DNA of 62,630 bases, filler included, from a bacterium (GTDB lineage Bacteria; UBP18; UBA7526): assembly GCA_030615855.1 (NCBI GenBank). It is 3 parts of 3 records of this genome, joined end to end, with 100 filler letters (N's around TTAATTAATTAA, not from the genome) between each part and the next. Parts side by side here need not be neighbours in the genome. Positions count along the whole stretch, not along the records: positions 1 to 24,359 come from JAUWYL010000021.1; 2 more parts are not named here. The stretch is one strand, 5' to 3'. Shown one piece after another: positions 1-8,353 of this stretch. The notes beneath the pieces are model-generated. The model did no database searches. It was not told where the DNA came from and worked only from the letters and a program-made list of their open reading frames with translations. Position 1 is the stretch's first letter. Each line of letters starts with the position of its first letter. A program made the translations under genes and the position numbers.

Positions 1-2
1 TC

Positions 3-1352
3 AACTTCGTTGGGGCCTTAGCCCTTCCTACAAGCCTAAGGACAGACTATTTCATCTTTTCTCTGCCCATGCTCTTGTCTTATTCCCTCCTTGTCTCCTG
101 GAGATGGAGAGGGTGGCGGAGGCAAAAGATTGAGGCGTTAATTCTTTTCTTTATCATAGCAATAGGTCTCTTTTTCCTCTTTCCTAAGACCGGGCAGTAT
201 AACCATGTCTGGCAAACAACGCTCTATAAGATAAGGTATTTAGGAATAAAACCGACCGATCCCTCTCTTCTTCCCTTTGAGGCCAGGCACTACTGGACTC
301 CTCCTTATTCCTCACCCACCCTATTTAGATTCTTGAACGAGTTCTCAGTTCTCATTCTTTTGGCTTCCTACCCTGTATTTACCTTTTTCAAAAGACTCTT
401 TCAGAAGAAGATTACTCTGGAGGAAGGCTTCCTCCTTTATGCGCTTTTTGCCTTTTTCGGCTGTTATCTTCTGTTCTATAAACTCAAGACCTTCTTCATC
501 TTCTTCTTGGTCATCTTCATCGCCCATCTATTCTTTCTCGCCAAGAGGCGCTCTTCAAGGATTCTCATCTTGCTCCTGCTCTTGGTTGGTCTCTCCTTCC
601 AGGTCTATCAAACCTTCTCCTGGCAAAATTCATTTTTGGTAAAGGGGATGCTAAAGGTAGGGATAAAACCCCTGGAGTTCCCTCCCAGTGGGAATAGATT
701 GGCGATAAGAGAGGTCCTTTCCTGGATAAGGGAGAATACCGAACCTCAAGACGCCTTTCTCGCCCCCCTCTCCCTTTCTCCACAGATCGCAGCCTATAGC
801 CACCGACCGACTGTCCTTCACTGTTACTTTGAGACCGGGATAAGAGAAACCTACCGAGAATATTGTCAAGCCCTCTTCCAGAAAGAGGGTGATTTAACAG
901 ACCTCTGTAAGAGATATAAGGTAGATTATCTTATCTATCGGGCGGGTCAACTCTTACGCACTGATCCCATAATGGCCTATAGGTATGTGGCCAATAGGAT
1001 GAATCTAGATGAAAACTGGCCAGCCCATAAACTCCATTTTGCTCCCGAGAAATTAGAGAATTTCACCCTGGTATATGAAAATTACTTCTACCGCATCTAT
1101 CGTCCAAGAAAAGGGAAAGGGATTCAGATTAAAGAATATCATCCTCTCTTCGATGAGAGAATATTTAAGGAGCTGGGAAGGGGGACAGATACCTTCTATA
1201 AGAGAGTCATGGGGGGCTACGATTATTACTTCCAGGCTCTGGTATTATTGCAGAAAGGAAAAGAGAAAGAAGCAGGAGAAGCGCTTTTACTTTCCCAGAA
1301 GTACTGCCCCTATATTCCAGAAGTAAGGACTCTTTTAGAGAAATTAAAATGA
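3..1352 (+). CDS. GT-C superfamily membrane glycosyltransferase, DPY19/STT3-like (5'-partial)
   Basis: Frame open from window start; multiple TM helices then soluble domain EVLSWIRENTEPQDAFLA...HRPTVLHCYFE...LCKRYKVDYLIY typical of STT3/DPY19 C-terminal domains. Confidence 0.65.
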   Translation, partial: NFVGALALPTSLRTDYFIFSLPMLLSYSLLVSWRWRGWRRQKIEALILFFIIAIGLFFLFPKTGQYNHVWQTTLYKIRYLGIKPTDPSLLPFEARHYWTPPYSSPTLFRFLNEFSVLILLASYPVFTFFKRLFQKKITLEEGFLLYALFAFFGCYLLFYKLKTFFIFFLVIFIAHLFFLAKRRSSRILILLLLLVGLSFQVYQTFSWQNSFLVKGMLKVGIKPLEFPPSGNRLAIREVLSWIRENTEPQDAFLAPLSLSPQIAAYSHRPTVLHCYFETGIRETYREYCQALFQKEGDLTDLCKRYKVDYLIYRAGQLLRTDPIMAYRYVANRMNLDENWPAHKLHFAPEKLENFTLVYENYFYRIYRPRKGKGIQIKEYHPLFDERIFKELGRGTDTFYKRVMGGYDYYFQALVLLQKGKEKEAGEALLLSQKYCPYIPEVRTLLEKLK

Positions 1353-2320
1353 AAGGATTGATTGACAGATATAATCGGAAGATCACTTATTTGAGAATCT
1401 CTGTAACTGATAGATGCAACCTGCGGTGCATTTACTGCATGCCTCTAGGAGGGATAAAACCCTTGAGGCATGAGGATATCCTCAAGTTTGAAGAGATAGA
1501 AGAGATAGTAAGATATAGCATAGATTGGGGGGTTGATAAGGTCAGGATTACTGGTGGGGAGCCTTTAGTGAGAAAGGGGGTAGTCTATTTAGTAGAGATG
1601 CTTGCTCATCTTAAAGGCATCGAAGATTTAAGCATGACCACCAACGGAATCCTCTTAAAGGGTTATGCTAAAGATTTGAAGAATGCCGGACTCCAAAGGA
1701 TAAATATTAGTCTGGATAGTCTGGATGCTAATAAGTTCCATCGCATTGCCAAGGCAGGAAGACTATCTCTTGTTTTAGATGGAATAGAGGAGGCCTTGAA
1801 AAGGGGTCTTGAGCCAGTGAAGATAAATGTTGTAGTCATGAAGGGAATAAATGATGATGAAGTTCTGGACTTTGCTAAGATGAGCCGGGATCGACCACTG
1901 CACATTAGATTCATTGAGTATATGCCCTTTGGTTATAAAGGCTTTGCAAAGGAAGATAGATTTTTTCCTACATCACAGATTGAGGAGAGGCTAAGAGAAT
2001 TGGGAGAATTGATTCCAGCAGAGGTGAGGGGTGCTGGGCCAGCGAAATCTTTTAAATTTAAGAAATCTTTAGGAACCATAGGATTTATAACGCCTATGAG
2101 TGAGCATTTCTGCGCTACCTGCAATCGCCTGAGACTAACAGCGGATGGAAAGTTATATCCCTGCCTCTTCTCTGATTATGGAGTAGATATCAAGACGCCC
2201 TTACGGACTGGAGCAGGCTATAGAGAGATCAAGGAATTATTTGAAGAGGCTTTAAAGAATAAACCGGAGAAGCATTCCCTGAAAGGAAATAATCAGGTTA
2301 TGTCCAAGATAGGAGGCTAA
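1349..2320 (+). CDS. moaA: GTP 3',8-cyclase MoaA
   Basis: YLRISVTDRCNLRCIYC radical SAM motif, FCATCNRLRLTADG..PCL, C-terminal IGG. Confidence 0.97.
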   Translation: MKGLIDRYNRKITYLRISVTDRCNLRCIYCMPLGGIKPLRHEDILKFEEIEEIVRYSIDWGVDKVRITGGEPLVRKGVVYLVEMLAHLKGIEDLSMTTNGILLKGYAKDLKNAGLQRINISLDSLDANKFHRIAKAGRLSLVLDGIEEALKRGLEPVKINVVVMKGINDDEVLDFAKMSRDRPLHIRFIEYMPFGYKGFAKEDRFFPTSQIEERLRELGELIPAEVRGAGPAKSFKFKKSLGTIGFITPMSEHFCATCNRLRLTADGKLYPCLFSDYGVDIKTPLRTGAGYREIKELFEEALKNKPEKHSLKGNNQVMSKIGG

Positions 2321-2321
2321 G

Positions 2322-2795
2322 ATGGTAAAACTTACTCATTTTGATAGGAAAGGAAGGGCTAAGATGGTAGATATCAGTGGGAAGAGGGTTACAAAACGAG
2401 AAGCGATAGCCTCTGCAAAGGTTATTATGAAGCCTAAGACCTTAACTATGATTAGGGAGGGGAGGATGGCAAAGGGGGATGTCTTATCTGTTGCCAAGGT
2501 AGCCGGGATTATGGCTGCCAAAAGAACCAGCGAACTCATTCCCATGTGCCATCCCTTGGAGATCAGCAATATAGAGATCGCTTTTAATCTAAAAGGAAAG
2601 GATAGAATCCAGATAAAGTCGAAGGTGAAATGTCTGGGAAGGACCGGTGTAGAGATGGAGGCCTTAATGGCAGCAAGTATCAGCGCTTTAACCATCTACG
2701 ATATGTGTAAGGCAGTAGATAGGGAGATGGTCATCTTAGATGTGAAGTTACTTAAGAAGATGGGCGGAAAGAGCGGCGTCTTCATTCGAAAGTAA
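2322..2795 (+). CDS. moaC: cyclic pyranopterin monophosphate synthase MoaC
   Basis: LTHFD..G.AKMVD, LIPMCHP, TGVEMEAL, IYDMCKAVD motifs. Confidence 0.97.
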   Translation: MVKLTHFDRKGRAKMVDISGKRVTKREAIASAKVIMKPKTLTMIREGRMAKGDVLSVAKVAGIMAAKRTSELIPMCHPLEISNIEIAFNLKGKDRIQIKSKVKCLGRTGVEMEALMAASISALTIYDMCKAVDREMVILDVKLLKKMGGKSGVFIRK

Positions 2796-2806
2796 AGGAG
2801 TGGAGT

Positions 2807-3292
2807 ATGATAAAAGTAGGAATATTAGTTATCAGCGATAAGGCTTCGAAGGGAGAGAGGAAGGATGAGAGCGGTCCAATTATGAAAGAGATAGTTAAAA
2901 AATTACCAGCAGAGGTCTCAAAGTACAAGATCATACCAGACGAGAAAGACCAAATTAAAGAGAATTTGATAAATTGGGTAGATAAACTAAGGCTCGATCT
3001 GATCCTGACCAGTGGAGGAACGGGTATTGGGCCGAGGGACATTACTCCAGAGGCAACGAAAGAGGTAATTGAAAAGGAATTACCTGGTTTCGTAGAGACC
3101 ATGAGGATAAAGGGACTGGAGAAGACCCCCTTTAGCATGCTCTCCCGAGCAATAGTGGGAACACGAAAGAAGAGCCTCATCATTAACCTGCCAGGAAGCC
3201 CCAAGGCGGTTAGGGAAAACCTTAAGGTCATTCTACCAGCAGTGAAGCACGGGATTGAAATATTAAAAGGGAACACTAGCCACTGTTTATAG
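2807..3292 (+). CDS. mogA: molybdopterin adenylyltransferase MogA/MoaB family
   Basis: ISD...G.R.DESG, TSGGTG..PRDITPEAT, INLPGSP motifs; follows moaAC. Confidence 0.88.
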   Translation: MIKVGILVISDKASKGERKDESGPIMKEIVKKLPAEVSKYKIIPDEKDQIKENLINWVDKLRLDLILTSGGTGIGPRDITPEATKEVIEKELPGFVETMRIKGLEKTPFSMLSRAIVGTRKKSLIINLPGSPKAVRENLKVILPAVKHGIEILKGNTSHCL

Positions 3293-3379
3293 CGGGTCCT
3301 GCCTCGGCATTCTCTCTTCGCGGGCCCCTCCGCCCGGTGTGGATCCTCCCACTCATAGAGATCTGCCGAGTCACCCGCT
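3291..3379. ncRNA. candidate structured RNA (multi-stem junction, strand unknown)
   Basis: Nested pairings AGCGGGT/ACCCGCT, CTCGGCA/TGCCGAG, TCTCT/AGAGA enclosing hairpins CGGGC-CCCTCC-GCCCG and GTGG-ATCCTC-CCAC. Confidence 0.4.
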
Positions 3380-3509
3380 TATTATGAGGGCGCGCTTTCG
3401 TTTACTCCCTTTACTAAGAAAGCCCGAATAACAAGGTTCTCCGATTTATCGGAGGCTTCCTTATTAAAGTTATACTTTTAATTCAGTAAAGATTATGGTA
3501 AAATAATAA

Positions 3510-3736
3510 TCGCAGATTACGCAGATGGCAAGTAAGATTAAATGGAAAGGGGACGCAGATGCCGGATGCACCTCGTTGGCATCCGAGAGAGCATAAATAT
3601 TAAGCAATGACCGCAGATAGTTTAGTTAGGAGTTCGGAGTCTCCGAACACCGAACTCAAGCGAGGCGAAGCCGAGCGTGCTCCGAACTGCTGAATCAGCA
3701 ATAATCAGGGTTTAAAATCCGTGATGATCCGTGTTC
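3510..3736. repeat. mosaic intergenic repeats (CGCAGAT left arms, GGAGTTC/CCGAAC hairpin, ATCCGTG right arm)
   Basis: cgcagattacgcagat, ggagttcggagtctccgaacaccgaactc, and four ATC units at 3694/3704/3717/3727. Confidence 0.7.
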
Positions 3737-3745
3737 AGGGCCAGG

Positions 3746-3954
3746 TTATCCACAGTCCATCCTCCTTCGTCGAAAAGTTTCTAAGAAGCTCTGAAGCCAG
3801 GGAGTCTATAAAATTAGTATTCTATTTTCCTAAACCCTTGTGAATAAAGGACTTAGAGTCAATATCGACTGTAATCCAAACCACTGGACCTAAGGAGGAC
3901 TAATTGGCCTCTACTTACAGGTTTACATTAAGAGTTATCCACAAGTTATCCCCA
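3746..3954. promoter_or_regulatory. DnaA-box cluster, possible oriC
   Basis: TTATCCACA at 3746-3754 and 3935-3943, TTATCCCCA at 3946-3954, TGTGAATAA at 3839-3847 in a 750-bp gene-free gap. Confidence 0.55.
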
Positions 3955-4040
3955 TACGCAGATACTCAACGCACTTCATTTGCCTTGAGGTATTAGCCGC
4001 AGATATCAACGCAGATTACCGCAGATTAAGGGTAATAGAG

Positions 4041-5105
4041 ATGAGTTTTAAAGATATTGTTGGGCAGGAGGGGGCGATTAAAATACTTCAGAGCGCCATC
4101 AAGAATAATCGTTTATCCCACGCCTATCTCTTCGTTGGGCCAAATGGTGTGGGCAAAGGACTTACTGCCAAGACCCTAGCTAAAACACTGAACTGCCAAA
4201 AAGGCGATATTGATTCTTGCGATAAATGTAGAAATTGTATCCGAATCGATCTTGATAAGTATCCAGATGTCAAAGTAATTGAACCGACCGGAACTTCCAT
4301 AAAGATTGAGGAGATGAGAAAGATTCGCAGGGAGGCTTCTTTCAAGCCCTTAGAGGGAAAGAAGAAGGTCTACATCATTCAAGAGGCATCTGCCATGACC
4401 CAACCAGCAGCCAACTCCCTCTTAAAAACTTTAGAAGAACCAAAAGGGGAGATGCTCTTTATCCTTACTACATCTAATATCCATGGACTACTTCCCACCG
4501 TCGTCTCTCGCTGCCAGTTAGTCAGATTCAAGCCGCTATCTGTTAAAGTTATCGGGGATTTTCTGACTAAAAAAGAGGGAATGGCAAAAGACGAGGCCTA
4601 CATGGCCTCAAATCTCTCAGAAGGAAGCCTGGGGAAAGCTCTAAGAATTGCGGGCCCTGAAGAGAAAGAGCTAAGGGACCAAGTTATAGACTTAATAGCG
4701 AAGACATCTCTGGAAGATATCGACGAAGTCTTCAAAACTGCCCGTCAGTTCACCCAAGATAGGGATCAGATTCCCTTTATCTTGAGTATTATTTCCAGCT
4801 GGTACCGAGACCTCCTCGTCTTTAAGGAGTCACAAGATTCTACTTCCCTGGTCAATATAGATAAAAAAGAGGAGATACAAAGAGAGATAGAGAAGTATTC
4901 AAAGGAAGAGATAGAAGAGACGATCTCCCTTGTCTTAAGGACCATAGATTATGTCAAAAGGAATGTTAATCCCCAGTTAGCAATAGAGAATATGTTACTT
5001 AAAATTGCGAGACACGAATATACGCGAACTGAAAAGCAGAGAGCGAAAAAACAGAACACGAATAAATTCACGAAAATTTGCGTCCAAGGAGAAATTAATG
5101 ATTGA
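4041..5105 (+). CDS. holB: DNA polymerase III subunit delta'
   Basis: HAYLFVGPNGVGK, zinc cluster C...CDKCRNC, AANSLLKTLEEP, TVVSRCQ; last ~30 aa repeat-derived. Confidence 0.93.
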   Translation: MSFKDIVGQEGAIKILQSAIKNNRLSHAYLFVGPNGVGKGLTAKTLAKTLNCQKGDIDSCDKCRNCIRIDLDKYPDVKVIEPTGTSIKIEEMRKIRREASFKPLEGKKKVYIIQEASAMTQPAANSLLKTLEEPKGEMLFILTTSNIHGLLPTVVSRCQLVRFKPLSVKVIGDFLTKKEGMAKDEAYMASNLSEGSLGKALRIAGPEEKELRDQVIDLIAKTSLEDIDEVFKTARQFTQDRDQIPFILSIISSWYRDLLVFKESQDSTSLVNIDKKEEIQREIEKYSKEEIEETISLVLRTIDYVKRNVNPQLAIENMLLKIARHEYTRTEKQRAKKQNTNKFTKICVQGEIND

Positions 5106-5892
5106 AATCGTTGAGATAAAGTTTGAGGATACCGGCCCAACCCATCCCTTCGATTCCCAGGGTCTGGATTTGAATGTAGGGGATGCCTGCATCCTCCAGA
5201 CAGAGAGGGGAAGGGAGTTTGGAAGGGTGGTGTCTGGACCCCGGATGGTGGAGAGGAAAGAGATAGGGGGTTTCCTGGGGAAAGTAATCAGGAAGACAAC
5301 AGAAGAGGACTTCGAACAATTGAAGGAGAATGAGAGAAGGGAGAAAGAGGCCTTCAGGTTCTGTCTCGAGAGGATTAAAGAAAGAGAACTTCCCATGAAA
5401 CTCACCGAGGTCGAGTATCTCTTCGATGGAAGCAAGATAACCTTCTACTTTGTCTCTGAGACTAGGGTGGACTTCCGGGAACTGGTCAAAGACCTGGCCC
5501 ATGAGTTCAAGAGCAGGATTGAGCTGCGCCAGATAGGGGTGAGAGATGAGGCTAGGATGCATGGGGGGTTTGGTCTCTGTGGAAGACCATTATGCTGCAC
5601 TACTTTCTTAAAGGAATTCCAGCCGGTCTCCATGAAGGTGGCCAAGGTTCAGGATCTGGCCCTAAACCCTGCTAAACTCTCTGGGATATGTGGAAGGCTC
5701 ATGTGCTGTTTGGCTTATGAGAGCGAGACCTATAGAGAAGAGAAGAAAAAGTTGCCCAGAGAAGGGAGTAAGATAACCATTCCCCAGGGGGTGGGCAGAA
5801 TAAAATCAGTGAATATCATAAAGAAGAGCATCGTAGTTGAATTAGAGGATGGAAGGGAAGTAGAAATTCCTGTAGAGAAACTAAAGGAGTAA
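5098..5892 (+). CDS. ricT: PSP1/YaaT (RicT) family protein
   Basis: RVDFRELVKDLA, RIELRQIGVRDEA, CGRPLCC, CGRLMCCL; start set at ATG 5098 after GGAG. Confidence 0.9.
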   Translation: MIEIVEIKFEDTGPTHPFDSQGLDLNVGDACILQTERGREFGRVVSGPRMVERKEIGGFLGKVIRKTTEEDFEQLKENERREKEAFRFCLERIKERELPMKLTEVEYLFDGSKITFYFVSETRVDFRELVKDLAHEFKSRIELRQIGVRDEARMHGGFGLCGRPLCCTTFLKEFQPVSMKVAKVQDLALNPAKLSGICGRLMCCLAYESETYREEKKKLPREGSKITIPQGVGRIKSVNIIKKSIVVELEDGREVEIPVEKLKE

Positions 5893-5893
5893 G

Positions 5894-6730
5894 ATGCCTG
5901 AACTGCCAGAAGTAGAGACTATTAAAGAAGACTTAAAGGATATTATAAGAAATAAACGAATTAAGAAGGTTGAGATAAGATTAGCAAAAGCGATTAAAAA
6001 TACTTCTGGTAGAAGATTCATTCAAGAATTAAAAGGGGATACTTTTAAATCTCTTTCTCGGAGGGGAAAATATCTTATCTTCTCTTTGAAATCTGGCAAG
6101 AGTATAGTCATCCATCTGGGAATGACGGGAAGGCTCATTCATTCTAAAGCTAATAAAGAAATATCTGACTACAACAAGAGATTCAGCCGAGTAATGTTCG
6201 TTCTGGAGAATAAGAACACCCTTCGCTTCATTGATATGCGGGGCTTTGGGAAAGTCTATCTCATTTCTAAAGGAAGATTGGAAAGGTTCTCAAGATTAAT
6301 TAGTCTCGGCCCAGAGCCTCTGAATAGAAATTTCACTCCACAGGCCTTTAAGAATTTATTGAAGAGGCATAGGGCAAGGATCAAGCCTCTATTACTGAAT
6401 CAGCAATTCCTCGCTGGCTTAGGCAATATCTATTCTTTAGAGAGCCTCTACAGGGCAAGAATAAGCCCTTTGAGGAAAGCAGATTCTCTTTCCGATAAAG
6501 AGGTGAAGAGACTTCATAGTGCAATTCAGAAAGTTTTAATAGGTGCCATAACAAGCCATGGAACCTCTATCGATGCTTATGTCGATGCTAAAGGAAGAAA
6601 GGGAAGTTATCAGTTTAAACTCAAGGTCTATCGCCGGGAAGGAGAAAGATGCCCTCGCTGTGGAGGAAAAATAAAGCGCATTAAACAGAGTAACAGAAGC
6701 ACCTACTTCTGCCCTGAATGTCAAAAGTAA
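5894..6730 (+). CDS. mutM: formamidopyrimidine-DNA glycosylase
   Basis: MPELPEVE N-terminus, RRGKYL, HLGMTG, GLGNIY, C-terminal zinc finger. Confidence 0.97.
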   Translation: MPELPEVETIKEDLKDIIRNKRIKKVEIRLAKAIKNTSGRRFIQELKGDTFKSLSRRGKYLIFSLKSGKSIVIHLGMTGRLIHSKANKEISDYNKRFSRVMFVLENKNTLRFIDMRGFGKVYLISKGRLERFSRLISLGPEPLNRNFTPQAFKNLLKRHRARIKPLLLNQQFLAGLGNIYSLESLYRARISPLRKADSLSDKEVKRLHSAIQKVLIGAITSHGTSIDAYVDAKGRKGSYQFKLKVYRREGERCPRCGGKIKRIKQSNRSTYFCPECQK

Positions 6731-6780
6731 TGTTGGAATCATTCGCACGAATGAGCGAATGATAAATAAAAGGTGGAAAA

Positions 6781-8325
6781 ATGGCGAAAGAGAAGTTTTA
6801 TTTGACGACGCCTCTCTATTATGTGAATGATGTTCCCCATATTGGCCATGCCTATACCACCATTGCTGCTGATACCCTGGCTAGGTTCAAGAGGTTGGCG
6901 GGATACGATGTCTATCTTCTGACCGGAACGGATGAGCATGGACTGAAGGTTCAGAAGGCAGCCAAGGAAGCCAACCTTCCACCAAAGGATTTGGCAGATA
7001 AGGTAGTAGTGACCTTCATTGACCTCTGGAAAAGACTGAGTATCTCCTATGATGACTTCATCAGGACTACTGAGAAGAGACATAAAAAAGTAGTTCTGGA
7101 GATATTCAACAAATTATATGAGAAGGGGGATATCTATAAGGGAGAATACGAGGGAAACTACTGCACACCCTGTGAGACCTTCTGGCCGGATGCTCAGGTT
7201 AAGGATGGAAAGTGTCCGGACTGCGGAAGGCCGACAGAGAGATTGAAAGAAGAAAGTTACTTCTTCAAGATGAGTAAATACCAGGATGAGTTACTGGACT
7301 ACATTAAAAAGCATGAAAACTTTATTCAACCTATCTCTCGACGCCATGAGATAATAAACTTCGTGAAGGAAGGATTGAGAGATATAAGCATTTCCCGGAC
7401 GGCCTTCAAGTGGGGAATTCCTATCCCCTTTGATAAGAAGCACATCATCTATGTTTGGATTGATGCCTTAACAAACTATATCTCAGCCATTGGATATTTG
7501 GAAGATAAGAAAAAGTTCAATCGGCTCTGGCCAGCAGACCTTCATATCATTGGAAAGGATATACTGAAGTTCCACGCCATCATCTGGCCCTGTATCCTCC
7601 TTGCTGCAGAGATCGAGCCGCCTAAAAGAATATTTGCCCATGGGTGGTGGACAGTGGAAGGGGAAAAGATGAGTAAGTCTAAAGGGAATGTTGTCGATCC
7701 CTATGAGATGGTGGATGAGTTTGGAGTGGACGCCTTTAGATACTTCTTATTGAGAGAGGTTCCCTTCGGTTTAGATGGCGACTTTTCCCGGGATGCCTTG
7801 ATCAATAGGATCAACTCCGACTTAGCAAATGACTTAGGAAACTTAGTGAGCAGGGCCTTGACCATGGTGAAGAGATACTTTACAGGAGTAGTTCCCAGGC
7901 CAGATAAGGAAGAAAGAGAAGACAAGGAATTAAAATCTTTGGCTTCAGATATTCTGCCTAAGATAGAGAAATTTATAAATAATCTCCAATTTAGCGAGGC
8001 CCTAGAAGAAATCTGGAAGTTAGTGAGGGAGACGAATAGGTATATCGATCATTCCCAACCCTGGGTCTTGGCAAAGGATAAAGCAAGAGAAAAAAGATTA
8101 GGAACGGTTCTCTATAATTCCCTGGAGTCTCTGCGAATAATTACTATCTTAATCTTTTCCTTCATGCCTGTATCCTCAGAGAAGATATGGAAACAACTGG
8201 GAATCAAAGAGAGATTGGATAAAAAGACTCTGGAGTCAGCAAAGGAATGGGGCAGACTTCCTTCTGGAATTAAGATCGGCAAGATCGAAGCCGTCTTTCC
8301 ACGTATAGAGGTAAAAAAAGTTTAG
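6781..8325 (+). CDS. metG: methionine--tRNA ligase (short form)
   Basis: HIGH and KMSKS motifs, YVWIDAL, ends VFPRIE with no C-terminal tRNA-binding domain. Confidence 0.97.
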   Translation: MAKEKFYLTTPLYYVNDVPHIGHAYTTIAADTLARFKRLAGYDVYLLTGTDEHGLKVQKAAKEANLPPKDLADKVVVTFIDLWKRLSISYDDFIRTTEKRHKKVVLEIFNKLYEKGDIYKGEYEGNYCTPCETFWPDAQVKDGKCPDCGRPTERLKEESYFFKMSKYQDELLDYIKKHENFIQPISRRHEIINFVKEGLRDISISRTAFKWGIPIPFDKKHIIYVWIDALTNYISAIGYLEDKKKFNRLWPADLHIIGKDILKFHAIIWPCILLAAEIEPPKRIFAHGWWTVEGEKMSKSKGNVVDPYEMVDEFGVDAFRYFLLREVPFGLDGDFSRDALINRINSDLANDLGNLVSRALTMVKRYFTGVVPRPDKEEREDKELKSLASDILPKIEKFINNLQFSEALEEIWKLVRETNRYIDHSQPWVLAKDKAREKRLGTVLYNSLESLRIITILIFSFMPVSSEKIWKQLGIKERLDKKTLESAKEWGRLPSGIKIGKIEAVFPRIEVKKV

Positions 8326-8353
8326 TCTGTTTAATTTGGAAAAGCGAACTGAA

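Noticed and set aside
3291-3460. Moco or SAM-I riboswitch near the moa genes
   Set aside because: Lies downstream of the operon; only a partial GGAGGG..GCCC resemblance, without the other conserved elements.
5005-5097. Long N-terminal extensions in the ORF track (5005, 12476, 14115, 27094, 35588, 36609, 42083, 50969)
   Set aside because: They read through repeat DNA or upstream genes; downstream starts with RBS fit family N-termini better.
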